DNA from: Acidimicrobiia bacterium
GTDB taxonomy: Bacteria; Actinomycetota; Acidimicrobiia; Acidimicrobiales; SHLQ01
Assembly: GCA_029858875.1 (NCBI GenBank)
Contig: JAOUEE010000001.1
Coordinates: forward strand, 1 to 42,313
Direction of reading: 5' to 3'
DNA length: 42,313 bases
In this document: in pieces, positions 1 through 8,982 of the stretch
Layout of the letters: the number at the start of each line of letters is the position of its first letter
Numbering within the stretch: the stretch's first letter is position 1
The notes under the pieces: model-generated
What the model saw: the letters and a program-made list of their open reading frames with translations, nothing else
Database searches by the model: none
Told to the model about the DNA's origin: nothing
Position numbers and translations under genes: made by a program

Positions 1-2
1 TG

Positions 3-287
3 GTGGGGGACTCGCCCACCGTTGCCGGGGCGTGGTCCACCGAGCTGGCGTTGCTGTTCATCGACGGGGGTCACGGCCACGAGCCGGCCCATCGTGACTA
101 CGAGAGCTGGGCCCGCTTGGTGGTCCTCCACGGGACGTTGTGCATCCACGACGTCTTCGCCGACCCGGCCGACGGTGGACGGCCTCCCTTCGAGATCTAC
201 ACCCGGGCCCGGGAATCGGGCGCCTTCGAGGAGATCGAAGCGGTGGGGTCGCTGCGGGTCCTCCGTCGCACCGGGCCCGGCATCTGA
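3..287 (+). CDS. Class I SAM-dependent methyltransferase (O-methyltransferase-like), C-terminal fragment; the gene continues upstream of the window
   Basis: The frame is open to the window edge. It contains LALLFIDGGHGHE...LCIHDV, which resembles the post-motif region of Methyltransf_24-type enzymes. GC3 is high. Confidence 0.55.
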   Translation: MGDSPTVAGAWSTELALLFIDGGHGHEPAHRDYESWARLVVLHGTLCIHDVFADPADGGRPPFEIYTRARESGAFEEIEAVGSLRVLRRTGPGI

Positions 288-318
288 CCCGGCTCCGCCG
301 CCGTTGCCGGGGGCCGGA

Positions 319-1389
319 TCAGTCGAGACTGGGATCGCGCACGTCGTCGCTGACCTCGATGATGGGAGGCAGCAGATCGTGATCGACGAACAGGCCGGAG
401 GCCGCGCTGGTGCGGCTGAGGGCGTCGGCCCCGAGGATGATGGCCGAGGCGGTGTAGGTGGATCGCTCTCCGGCCGGGAAATGGGACAGCTGGGGGTACA
501 CGATGCCGGTGAAGTACCGACCGTCGTCGTCGCGGAGGTTCTGGACCCAGCGGAACAGATCGGCGGCGAAGTCGTGCTCGCCCACCAGGAGGTACGCCAT
601 CATGCACTCGCAGGTCTCGGCGGCGGTGATCCACGGCCGATCGCTGACGCAACGCACGCCCTTGCCGTCCATGACGAAGGTGTCGCGTCGGTCGTCGAGG
701 TGTTCGCGGGCCGCGGCACCGATGAGCGCACCACTCAGCACCGGGTAGTACCAGTCCATGGCCCAGCGGTGCTTGGGGGCGAAGGCGTCGTCGGGGCGAG
801 TCCGGATCACCTCGGCCAGCCGACCGAGGGAGAGCTCCCAGTCCGGTCGCTCGTGGCCCAGGTGCTCGGCCACGGCGACGGCGCAACGCAAGCTGTGACA
901 GATGCTGGACGATCCGGTGAGCAGGGCGAACGACCACGGGGTGCCGTCGGTGTGGCGGGCCCACAGGATCTCGCCACGGGGCTGTTGGAGGTCGAGGACG
1001 AACCCGATGGCCTTCTCGACGACCGGCCACATGGCCTCGACGAAGCCCTCGTCCTTGGTGAGCAGGTAGTGGTGCCACACCCCCGTGGCGATGTAGGCCA
1101 CCACGTTGGCGTCGAGCTTCTCCTGCTCGACGCGATCGGCCAGGTAGTACTGGTGCCACGAACCATCGGGCCGTTGGCTGTCGACCAGCCACTGGTAGGC
1201 CGCTTCGGCCTCGGCGGTCAGACCGACCAGGTCCATGGCCATGGCCGCCTCGATGTGGTTCCAGGGATCGGCGTGGCCGCCGGGGAACCACGGCACCATG
1301 CCGCTGGGCAGCTGCCACTCGGCGATGCCCTCGCCGGTCAGCCGCAGCGCGTCGGAGGTGAGCACGCCGGGTACGTCAGGCAGCGACAT
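319..1389 (-). CDS. Prenyltransferase / terpene-cyclase-like alpha-alpha toroid protein
   Basis: 356 aa. A QW-type repeat is visible (VDSQRPDGSWHQYY), with further DG-containing repeats (LQQPRGEILWA, LRDDDGRYFTG). The 3' end of the upstream methyltransferase gene overlaps its start by 14 nt. Confidence 0.7.
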   Translation of the reverse strand: MSLPDVPGVLTSDALRLTGEGIAEWQLPSGMVPWFPGGHADPWNHIEAAMAMDLVGLTAEAEAAYQWLVDSQRPDGSWHQYYLADRVEQEKLDANVVAYIATGVWHHYLLTKDEGFVEAMWPVVEKAIGFVLDLQQPRGEILWARHTDGTPWSFALLTGSSSICHSLRCAVAVAEHLGHERPDWELSLGRLAEVIRTRPDDAFAPKHRWAMDWYYPVLSGALIGAAAREHLDDRRDTFVMDGKGVRCVSDRPWITAAETCECMMAYLLVGEHDFAADLFRWVQNLRDDDGRYFTGIVYPQLSHFPAGERSTYTASAIILGADALSRTSAASGLFVDHDLLPPIIEVSDDVRDPSLD

Positions 1390-2146
1390 TCGATGACTCC
1401 GTGGGTATGGGGGCGGCGGCCGCGATCGCTTTGGTCGCGTACACCACCAGGCTCTTGCCGATCAGCGGGTTGAGCAGCTTGTCGGCCACCCGGGTGATCA
1501 TCGGGTTCTCGGTGATCTCCCAGGTCAGCAATCGGTTGTAGGCCGACACCAGGCGGTTCTGCTCGACCGCCTGGTTGGGGCCAACGGCGCATCGTAGCCA
1601 CCAATACGGTGAGTGGAGCGCGTGAGCGTGGCTGGCGCCGGTCGGCGTGAGGCCCGCCTCGCGGAACTTCCGGCGAACCTGCCGCTCGGTGTAGATGCGG
1701 ACGTGACCCCCCTCGACGGCGGGGGCGTGGTAGTCGTCACTCAGTGCCCAGCAGATCTTCTCGGGCAGCCATGAGGGGATGGTGACGGCGATGGTGCCGC
1801 CTGGGCGCAGTACCCGGGCCAACTCGGCATAGGCCGCGGTGTCGTCGGGAACGTGTTCCATCACCTCCGACGCGATGATGTGGTCGAACTGCCGGTCGGC
1901 GAAGGGCAGCCGGGTGGCGTCGCCGTTGGTGGAGACGCACACGGTGCCGTCGGGCACCTCGCCGTCGTTGCGCATCACCTGGACGATCTTGGCGATCTCC
2001 ACCAGTTCGGGGTGGGCCATGTCACAGGCGATGACGTCGGCGCCGCGCCGGACGGCCTCGTAGGCATGCCGACCGAACCCGCAGCCGAGGTCCAGCAGCA
2101 GTTCGCCGGCGCGCAGACCGAGCCGGTCGTAGTCGACGGTGAGCAT
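1376..2146 (-). CDS. Class I SAM-dependent methyltransferase
   Basis: 256 aa. SAM motif I LLDLGCGFGRH, acidic loop VIACD, and post-I/II motifs (IIASEVMEHVPD, LRPGG). Its ATG overlaps the TGA of the upstream GT4 gene by 1 nt (TGATG), suggesting translational coupling. Confidence 0.85.
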   Translation of the reverse strand: MLTVDYDRLGLRAGELLLDLGCGFGRHAYEAVRRGADVIACDMAHPELVEIAKIVQVMRNDGEVPDGTVCVSTNGDATRLPFADRQFDHIIASEVMEHVPDDTAAYAELARVLRPGGTIAVTIPSWLPEKICWALSDDYHAPAVEGGHVRIYTERQVRRKFREAGLTPTGASHAHALHSPYWWLRCAVGPNQAVEQNRLVSAYNRLLTWEITENPMITRVADKLLNPLIGKSLVVYATKAIAAAAPIPTESSNVAA

Positions 2147-3435
2147 CAGCGCGGCCGGTGGTCTTCGAGCAGCTGACGGTATTGCTCGACGGTGGCGACG
2201 GCGGTGTGGTGCCAGCTCCAGTTGTCGATGACGCGTTGACGGCCGGCCTCACCCACGCGGGCACTGACCTCGGGGTGGTCGAGGGCCTGGCCGATCTGGC
2301 GAGCCAGGGCATCGGCGTCACCCGGGGGCACCTGGAAGCACGTCTCGTTGTGGGTTCCGGTGACCTCGGGCAGGGCACCGCCGGTGGTGGTTACGAGCGG
2401 TACGCCCGAGCACATGGCCTCGATGGCCGGCAGCGAGAACCCTTCGTACAAAGACGGGACGATGGCCAGTTCGGCCTCGGAGTACAGCTCCACGATGCGT
2501 TCATCGGGTACGCCGCTGACCCACTCGACGCAGTCCTCGAGGCCGAGGGTCCGCAGCTTGTCGAGGCTGGCCCCTTCCTTGGGCCGGCCGATGATGGTGA
2601 GCTCGACGTGGCGCTCGGTACGAAGCTTGGCCACCGCATCGAGCAGGAAGGTGAGTCCCTTCATGGCCACATCGGCGCTCGCCGTGGTCACCAGGCGACC
2701 AGGGATCCGTTGTACGCCCGGGACGGGACGGAACAACTCGGGATCGACACCGACCGGCACGACATGGATGCGGTCGAGGGGCACCTCGTGGTCGCGGCTG
2801 ATGTCGAGCTTGGAGTTCTCGGACACGCACATCACCCGATTCATCCGCTTGGCGACCTGGGTCTGCATCTTGGTGAACGCGTACCAGCGGCGCTTGCCGA
2901 ACTCCTTCCACTTGTTGGGAGCGTGTTCGATCTCGAGTCGGCGGTCGACGGTGATCGGGTGATGGATCGTGCTCAACACCGGCAGATCGAGACGGTTCTG
3001 AATGGCCAACAGGCCCCAGCCGAGCGTCTGGTTGTCGTGCACGACGTCGAAGTCCCCCGGCCGAGCCGCCAGGTGTCGATAGGCCCGCCAGCTGAAGGCC
3101 ATCGGCTCCGAGAAGTTGCCCGTCCAGAACGACACGTTCTCGAGCACGTCGGTCCAGTCGTTGAGCTCCCAGATGCGGGGCTTGCGCATGGGAAAGGCGT
3201 CGTTGTAGATGTCGAGGCTGGGCAGCTCGACCAGCGGAACCCGCTCGTCGAGCACCGGATAGGGCTGCCCGCCGAGGACCTCGACATGGTGACCCAGCTC
3301 CACCAATGCCTTGGCCAGATGGCGGATGTACACGCCCTGCCCGCCAACGTGGGGCTTGCCGCGATAGGCGAGCAGCGCGATGCGCAGAGGTCGAGAGCCA
3401 GGGTGCATGGGGGAGAAGCCTTTCCGCTGGGGCAT
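2146..3435 (-). CDS. GT4-family glycosyltransferase
   Basis: N-terminus is IALLAYRGKPHVGGQGVYIRHLAKAL. An EX7E motif is present (YEGFSLPAIEAM). The ORF is open to 3543, but homology starts near M37 (3435) or M46 (3408, preceded by GGAAAGG), so the start is uncertain by about 30-135 nt. Confidence 0.85.
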   Translation of the reverse strand: MPQRKGFSPMHPGSRPLRIALLAYRGKPHVGGQGVYIRHLAKALVELGHHVEVLGGQPYPVLDERVPLVELPSLDIYNDAFPMRKPRIWELNDWTDVLENVSFWTGNFSEPMAFSWRAYRHLAARPGDFDVVHDNQTLGWGLLAIQNRLDLPVLSTIHHPITVDRRLEIEHAPNKWKEFGKRRWYAFTKMQTQVAKRMNRVMCVSENSKLDISRDHEVPLDRIHVVPVGVDPELFRPVPGVQRIPGRLVTTASADVAMKGLTFLLDAVAKLRTERHVELTIIGRPKEGASLDKLRTLGLEDCVEWVSGVPDERIVELYSEAELAIVPSLYEGFSLPAIEAMCSGVPLVTTTGGALPEVTGTHNETCFQVPPGDADALARQIGQALDHPEVSARVGEAGRQRVIDNWSWHHTAVATVEQYRQLLEDHRPR

Positions 3436-3493
3436 GAGGCGGTCAAATGACGTGACGGTTTCTCCTCCGCCGGCTCCGCGGCCGATCAGCGAT

Positions 3494-3511
3494 GGATAAC
3501 AATCGTTATCC
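3494..3511. promoter_or_regulatory. Operator-like inverted repeat GGATAAC-AATC-GTTATCC, with a degenerate second copy GGACAACGGTATCC at 3517..3530
   Basis: A perfect 7-bp-arm palindrome in a locally AT-richer patch, 60-100 nt upstream of the GT4 operon start. No regulator gene is adjacent. Confidence 0.3.
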
Positions 3512-3708
3512 GGGGTGGACAACGGTATCCGGCCAGTGGCCATTCCCGCTCGCAGGCCGGGTCGGTCGCGGCGACGGCCGGCGCCGAGGACCGCAGCGAG
3601 CCGGTGCGCCGGCGTTGGCCGGACGGCTCGTTCCTCGCCCGAAGCCCGACCCGGATCCTCTGGTCGCCGTCGCGCCAGGATCCCTCGTCGGCCGACCCGC
3701 GCCGTCCC

Positions 3709-4146
3709 TCAGACCTCGAGGAGGATGGTGCAGGGGCCGTCATTGGCCAGCTCCACCACCATGTCGGCCCGGAATCGGCCGGTGGCCACGGTCGCGCCGA
3801 GCCCACGCAGTGTGGCGCACAGCTGCTCGATGAGCGGCTCGGCCACCTCCGGCCGAGCCGCCGCGATGTAGCTGGGGCGACGGCCCTTGGCCGCGTCCCC
3901 GTACAACGTGAATTGGCTCACGACGAGCAGCTCGCCACCCACATCGGCCGCCGACCGGTTCATCACCCCGTCATCGTCGTCGAACACCCGGAGATGCCAC
4001 AGCTTGTCGGCCAGCCGGGCCACCTGGGGCGTCCCGTCCTCGTGGGTGATGCCCACCAGGACGCACAGCCCGGGCCCGATGGCACCCACCTCGTCGTCAC
4101 CGACGGTGACCCGGGCTCGACCGACGCGTTGGACCACGGCTCGCAC
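3709..4146 (-). CDS. dtd: D-aminoacyl-tRNA deacylase
   Basis: 145 aa. MRAVVQRV N-terminus, SQFTLYGD and NDGPCTILLE motifs typical of Dtd. Confidence 0.9.
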   Translation of the reverse strand: MRAVVQRVGRARVTVGDDEVGAIGPGLCVLVGITHEDGTPQVARLADKLWHLRVFDDDDGVMNRSAADVGGELLVVSQFTLYGDAAKGRRPSYIAAARPEVAEPLIEQLCATLRGLGATVATGRFRADMVVELANDGPCTILLEV

Positions 4147-4228
4147 GGCCGGTCACGGTAGCGGCTGCGGGCGGCGCCGGTGGCGCGTACGGTTCGTGCC
4201 GTTCCCGCCCTGAGGAGGTTCGCTGCCC

Positions 4229-5152
4229 GTGGTGCTGGTCGCCTGTGCTCGTCGCCCACGCCGCGCCCGACATCGCGGCGGGCGGAGATCGGCGCCCGCG
4301 AGCGCCGGGTTGGTACTGCTCGTGCTGGCGGGGGCCTGTGGTGGCGGTGATGGTGATGCGGCTCCGACGTGTGCTGCGGCCGTGACCGAGCTCGGATCGC
4401 TCGACGGTGAGGGTCCCTCCGAGGCCAGCGGCCTGGTCCGGAGCCGGATCACCGAGGGGGTCCTGTGGACCCACAACGACCGCGGTCGACCGGCCGAGCT
4501 CATCGCCATCGACCCGGCGGGCCGGGCGCTCGGAACCTGGCCCGTTCAGGACGCGCCAAACATCGACTGGGAGGACCTCTCGATCCTCGGTGGGCCGGGC
4601 CAGGCCGAGCTCGTCGTCGGCGACATCGGTGACAACGATGCCGAGCGGGCCTCGGTGACGATCCACTATCTGACCGAGCCCGACCCCGGGGAAGACCCGA
4701 TCGTTCTGCGCCCGGTCGACACGGTGGAGCTCCGCTACCCCGACGGCCCCCATGATGCCGAGGCCCTGCTGGTCGATGGCCGCAGCGGCGAGGTCGGATT
4801 GGTCACCAAGGGCGACGACGCTGTGCTGTACGTCACCGACGCCGATCCCCGTGCCTCGGTCGATCAGCCCATCGTGTTGCGCAAGGTGGGCACCGTCTGG
4901 TCCGACGCCGAGGTACGAGCCGGGGCCGTCAGCCCCGACGGGGGGCTGGTCGCGCTCCGAACCGTCGATGGCCTGCGTGTGTGGCGCGACGATGGTCCTG
5001 CACTGGCCCGTCTCGTCGACCGACCGTCGTGCACGGTCGTCCTCGAGCAGAAGCGAGCGGAGGGCCTGGCCGCACCCGACGCCCACACCCTGATCGCCGT
5101 CGGCGAGGGCAAGCAGGCCAGCCTCTTCGAGGTCCGGCTGGCCGAGGATTGA
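4229..5152 (+). CDS. Secreted lipoprotein of unknown function (beta-propeller-like repeats)
   Basis: GAGGAGG lies 10 nt upstream of the GTG start. Arg-rich n-region, then LVLLVLAGAC with a lipobox-like Cys. Repeated EASGL / WTHNDRG / DWEDLS / GDIGDN patterns. No family recognised with confidence. Confidence 0.7.
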   Translation: MVLVACARRPRRARHRGGRRSAPASAGLVLLVLAGACGGGDGDAAPTCAAAVTELGSLDGEGPSEASGLVRSRITEGVLWTHNDRGRPAELIAIDPAGRALGTWPVQDAPNIDWEDLSILGGPGQAELVVGDIGDNDAERASVTIHYLTEPDPGEDPIVLRPVDTVELRYPDGPHDAEALLVDGRSGEVGLVTKGDDAVLYVTDADPRASVDQPIVLRKVGTVWSDAEVRAGAVSPDGGLVALRTVDGLRVWRDDGPALARLVDRPSCTVVLEQKRAEGLAAPDAHTLIAVGEGKQASLFEVRLAED

Positions 5153-5212
5153 CCGTCGGCGGCGCGCCAGACGGTCACTCTGCGTGGTCAGAACGAGGCG
5201 ACCCGCGGCCGA

Positions 5213-5271
5213 TGTTTCGATTCGAAAACACCGTTCGACGAGCCCGGGAAGGTCATCTACCGTCGAATCGA
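5213..5271. promoter_or_regulatory. TTCGA-rich palindromes in the 240-nt leader of the RND operon
   Basis: TGTTTCGATTCGAAAACA (5213..5230). TCGATTCGA (5217..5225) is the exact reverse complement of TCGAATCGA (5263..5271). TTCGACG (5234..5240) pairs with CGTCGAA (5261..5267). Function unknown. Confidence 0.25.
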
Positions 5272-5392
5272 AGCTGAACGCAGCCTGACTCGATCCTGGG
5301 GGACAGAGTCGGGGGCGGACTTCCCCACCGATTTTCGGATCATCGAAGGCTGTGGGGCAGATGGGGAGCAACGACGGGAAGGTGGGTTCCGG

Positions 5393-8300
5393 ATGATGCG
5401 ACGAATCGTGGGGGCAAGTCTGCTCCGTCCGACGCTGGTGCTGGTGCTGGCGGCGGCCGTGCTGGTGTTCGGTTTCGTGGGGTCGGGCAGCACCCAGGTG
5501 GACTCGCTTCCCCACTTCTCGCCGGTCGTGGTCGAGGTGCAGACCGAGGCGCTGGGGCTCTCGGCCGCTGAGGTGGAGCAACTCATCACCGTGCCCCTCG
5601 AAGCCGACCTGCTCAACGGCGTGGCCTGGCTCGACACCATCCGATCCGAGTCCATCCCCGGGCTGTCGACCATCCGGCTCACGTTCGAGGAGGGCACCGA
5701 TCTGCTCGAGGCCCGCCAGGTGGTCCAGGAACGACTCACCCAGGCGGCCGGCCTGCCCAACGTGTCGCGGGCCCCCTCCATGATCCAGCCCTTGTCCTCG
5801 GAGAGCCGGGTGATGATGATCGGGCTGTCATCGGACGAGGTGTCGCTCATCGACATGTCGGTCCTGTCCCGGTGGACCGTCCGGCCCTTCCTCATGGGCG
5901 TTCCCGGTGTGGCCAACGTGTCGGTGTGGGGCCAGCGCGAGCGTCAGCTGCAGGTACAGGTCGAACCCGACGACCTCGAGGCGGCCGACCTCACGCTGCT
6001 CGACGTCGTGAAGACCACCGGCAACGCCCTCTGGGTGTCGCCGCTGAGCTATCTCGAGGCGTCCACGCCGGGCACGGGCGGTTTCATCGACGGCCCCAAC
6101 CAGCGCATCGGCGTGCAGCACGTGTTCGCCATCGACGGCCCCGAGGACCTGGCCGCGGTCACCGTGGAAGGCGCCGATGGCATCACGCTCGGCGATGTGA
6201 CCACGGTGCTCGAGGACCACCAGCCCCTCATCGGCGATGCGCTCGTGGACGAGGGTCCGGGCCTGCTGCTCGTCGTCGAGAAGTTCCCGTGGGCCAACAC
6301 GGTGGAGGTGACCGAGGCCGTCGAGGACGCCCTCGTCGAGCTCGCGCCCGGCATGACCGGCATCGACGTCGACACCGAGCTGTTCCGCCCGGCCAGCTAT
6401 GTCGAACGGTCGATCGACAACGTGCAGACCACTGCGGTGGTGGCGTTGGTGCTGGCCATCGTGGTCCTGTTCGCCCTCTTCTACAGCTGGCGCGCGGCCC
6501 TGATCAGCCTGGTCGCGTTGCTGACCTCGCTCGCCGGCGTCGCCGTGATCCTCAACATCACCGACACCACCGTGGATCTGATGGTGATGGCCGGCGTCCT
6601 GGTGGCGTTGGGCCTGGTCATCGACGACAGCATCGGTTCGGTGGCCGCCCTGCGTCGTCCCGACGACGATGCCGATGAAACGGCGCCGCTCCCGTTCATC
6701 CAGCGTGCGGTCGTCAGTAGTCGATCCCCGATGGTGTACGCCACGGTGGCGATGGCGTTCGCCATCGTGCCGGTGTTCGCCATGGAGGGCGCCGCCGGCG
6801 AATTCCTCCCGTCCGTCGCACTCGCCATGGTCCTCACGCTGGTGGTGTCGCTCGTCATCACCCTCACGGTGGTGCCCGCCATGGGTCTGTTGTTGGCCGG
6901 CGCCGACGGGTCGAAGCTGCACCGGACCTCGCCGCTGTTGGCGCCGGTTGGTCGTCTCTACGGCAAGGTGATGCATCGCTGGACCAGCCGTGCGACCGGT
7001 GCGCTGATCGCCTCGATCGTGTTGGTGGCTCTGGCCGCGGCCCTCCTGCCGACCCTCGACAAGGAATTCGTCCCCGACTTCCGACAGACCGATCTCGTGG
7101 TGGCGTTCGACGGGGTGGCCGGCACCTCGCTGGAGGAAACGAGCCGGGTCACGGCGCTGGCCGGCGCCGAGCTGCGGACGGTGCCCGGCGTCGAGGACGT
7201 CGGCATCCACGTCGGTCGAGCCATCCTGTCGGACGAGACCGTCAACGTGAACGCCGGTGAGCTGTGGGTCCGGATGGACCCCGACGCCGACTACCGACGG
7301 ACCCTCGACTCCATCCGGGCGGTGGTCCAGGGCTATCCGGGCTTCGGCGTCCCGGATGCGCTGAGCTACTCGAACGAGCGGGTGGATGCCCTGCTGCGCC
7401 AGCGCAGCGACGACCTGGTGGTCAGGGTCTACGGCGAGGATCCCGTCGTCCTGGGCGGCCTCGCCGACGAGGTGGCGGCGATGGTGGCCGGTGTGGAGGG
7501 CACCGCCAACGTTCGTGCGGTGCACCCGATCCTGCAACCGACCGTCGAGATCGAGGTCGACCTCGAGCGGGCCGAGCAGTACCAGGTGAAGCCGGGCGAC
7601 GTGCGCCGAGCGGCGGCCACGCTGCTGTCCGGTATCGAAGTGGGCAGCTTCTTCGAGGAGCAGAAGGTCTTCGAGGTGGTGGTGTGGAGCCCACCCGAGC
7701 GGCGCAACAGCGTGACCGCCATCGAACAGCTCAACATCGACACTCCCAGCGGTGATGTCGTGGCGCTGTCCGAGGTGGCCGATGTTCGAGTGGCTCCCAA
7801 TGAGCAGGTCATCGAGCGTGACGCCGTGTCGCGCTACATCGACGTCGTGGCTGATCTCTCCGGTCGGGACCGCGATGCCGTGGCCGGAGACATCACCGAT
7901 CAGATCGAGGCTCAGGGCCTGCCCTTCGAGTACCACGTGCGCATCCTCGACGATCGCAGCGACGCCGCCGCCAACCAGCGTCAGGTGATCGGCATCGCCA
8001 TCGGGGCCGCCATCGCCGTCTTCCTGCTGCTCCAAGCCGCCTTCCGGAGCTGGCGTCTGGCCGGCGTGCTGCTCCTGGTGCTGCCTCTCGGTCTGGTGGG
8101 CGGAATCGTGTCCCTGACTCTCACCGGCGGGACCTACTCCATCGGATCTGCGGTGGGATTCCTCGCGGTCGGCGGACTGACGGTGCGGGCCGTGCTGGCG
8201 TTGTCCGGTCGGTACGAGACGCTCCAGCTCGATCAGGGAGTGGCCTTCGACCAGGACCTCGTCACCAAGGGGGCCCGCGAGCAGTTCACGCCCACGCTCA

Positions 8301-8518
8301 TCACCCTGGTCACCGTTGCGGTGGTGATGGCCACCATCGTGGTGTCGGGCGAGGTCGCCGGCCAAGAGGTGGCCCGGCCGGCGGCCATCGTGGTGCTCGG
8401 GGGGCTGGTCACCGTGGCCATGGCGGCCCTGTTCGTGTTCCCGGCGCTGTACGGGCGGTTCGGCGCCGCGGCCCAGCCCAGAGAATCGCTCTTGACGACC
8501 CGATCGGGGGATGTATGA
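5393..8518 (+). CDS. RND efflux permease, CzcA/AcrB superfamily, paralogue 1
   Basis: 1041 aa. The N-terminus has the typical RND pattern (MMRRIVGASLLRPTLVLVL...). TM4 carries IDD at residues 410-412 (D411-D412). Two large extracytoplasmic loops and a 12-TM layout are evident. GGGAAGG lies upstream of the ATG. Confidence 0.9.
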   Translation: MMRRIVGASLLRPTLVLVLAAAVLVFGFVGSGSTQVDSLPHFSPVVVEVQTEALGLSAAEVEQLITVPLEADLLNGVAWLDTIRSESIPGLSTIRLTFEEGTDLLEARQVVQERLTQAAGLPNVSRAPSMIQPLSSESRVMMIGLSSDEVSLIDMSVLSRWTVRPFLMGVPGVANVSVWGQRERQLQVQVEPDDLEAADLTLLDVVKTTGNALWVSPLSYLEASTPGTGGFIDGPNQRIGVQHVFAIDGPEDLAAVTVEGADGITLGDVTTVLEDHQPLIGDALVDEGPGLLLVVEKFPWANTVEVTEAVEDALVELAPGMTGIDVDTELFRPASYVERSIDNVQTTAVVALVLAIVVLFALFYSWRAALISLVALLTSLAGVAVILNITDTTVDLMVMAGVLVALGLVIDDSIGSVAALRRPDDDADETAPLPFIQRAVVSSRSPMVYATVAMAFAIVPVFAMEGAAGEFLPSVALAMVLTLVVSLVITLTVVPAMGLLLAGADGSKLHRTSPLLAPVGRLYGKVMHRWTSRATGALIASIVLVALAAALLPTLDKEFVPDFRQTDLVVAFDGVAGTSLEETSRVTALAGAELRTVPGVEDVGIHVGRAILSDETVNVNAGELWVRMDPDADYRRTLDSIRAVVQGYPGFGVPDALSYSNERVDALLRQRSDDLVVRVYGEDPVVLGGLADEVAAMVAGVEGTANVRAVHPILQPTVEIEVDLERAEQYQVKPGDVRRAAATLLSGIEVGSFFEEQKVFEVVVWSPPERRNSVTAIEQLNIDTPSGDVVALSEVADVRVAPNEQVIERDAVSRYIDVVADLSGRDRDAVAGDITDQIEAQGLPFEYHVRILDDRSDAAANQRQVIGIAIGAAIAVFLLLQAAFRSWRLAGVLLLVLPLGLVGGIVSLTLTGGTYSIGSAVGFLAVGGLTVRAVLALSGRYETLQLDQGVAFDQDLVTKGAREQFTPTLITLVTVAVVMATIVVSGEVAGQEVARPAAIVVLGGLVTVAMAALFVFPALYGRFGAAAQPRESLLTTRSGDV

Positions 8519-8946
8519 AACGGCAGGTGCTGATCGTGCTGGTGAGCGTGGCGGCGCTCGTGCCGGCCGCGTGTGGCGACGATGACTCCGACTACGTCTA
8601 CGAGGAGCCGGCGACGGTCGAGGAGATCGGTGCGGATCTCTGGCGCATCGAGCTGACCGAGCAGGCCGCGGCGCGCACCGGCGTGGAGACGGCGATGGTG
8701 GCCAGCGACACGGTGGGCGGTGAGCAGATGCTCGTGGTGCCGTACTCGTCGGTCATGTACCACTTCGACGGATCGACGTGGGCGTACACCAACCCCGAGC
8801 CGTACGTCTACGTACGTGCCCCCATCGAGATCGATCACATCGACGGCGAGTCGGCCATCCTGAGCGCGGGACCCGACGAGGGCACCGCGGTGGTCTCCGT
8901 CGGCGCGGCCGAGCTGTACGGCGTCGAATTCGGCGTCGGGAAGTAG
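8515..8946 (+). CDS. Mini periplasmic-adaptor (MFP)-like lipoprotein; only the membrane-proximal and beta-barrel segments are present
   Basis: 143 aa. Signal peptide plus LVPAAC lipobox-like Cys. IELTEQAAARTGVETAMV resembles the MFP N-terminal strand. QMLVVPYSSVMYHFDGSTW...VRAPIEIDHIDGESAILSAGPDEGTAVVSVGAAELYGVE resembles the CusB/CzcB C-terminal barrel. Its ATG overlaps the RND1 TGA (ATGA). Confidence 0.7.
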   Translation: MKRQVLIVLVSVAALVPAACGDDDSDYVYEEPATVEEIGADLWRIELTEQAAARTGVETAMVASDTVGGEQMLVVPYSSVMYHFDGSTWAYTNPEPYVYVRAPIEIDHIDGESAILSAGPDEGTAVVSVGAAELYGVEFGVGK

Positions 8947-8982
8947 ATCTCCGATGACCACGGGCCGCGGAGGTCGAGCGTC

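Noticed and set aside
22-1473. A 483-aa plus-strand ORF, and the 494-aa ORF at 4097..5581 on the minus strand
   Set aside because: The first is antisense to the prenyltransferase-like gene. The second is antisense to the lipoprotein gene and runs through intergenic DNA. Both are low-complexity and Gly/Arg/Pro-rich.
5828-8365. An 845-aa minus-strand ORF, and the 636-aa ORF at 10594..12504
   Set aside because: They are antisense to the two RND permease genes. They are very His/Arg/Gly/Asp-rich and lack the transmembrane character or motifs of a real protein.
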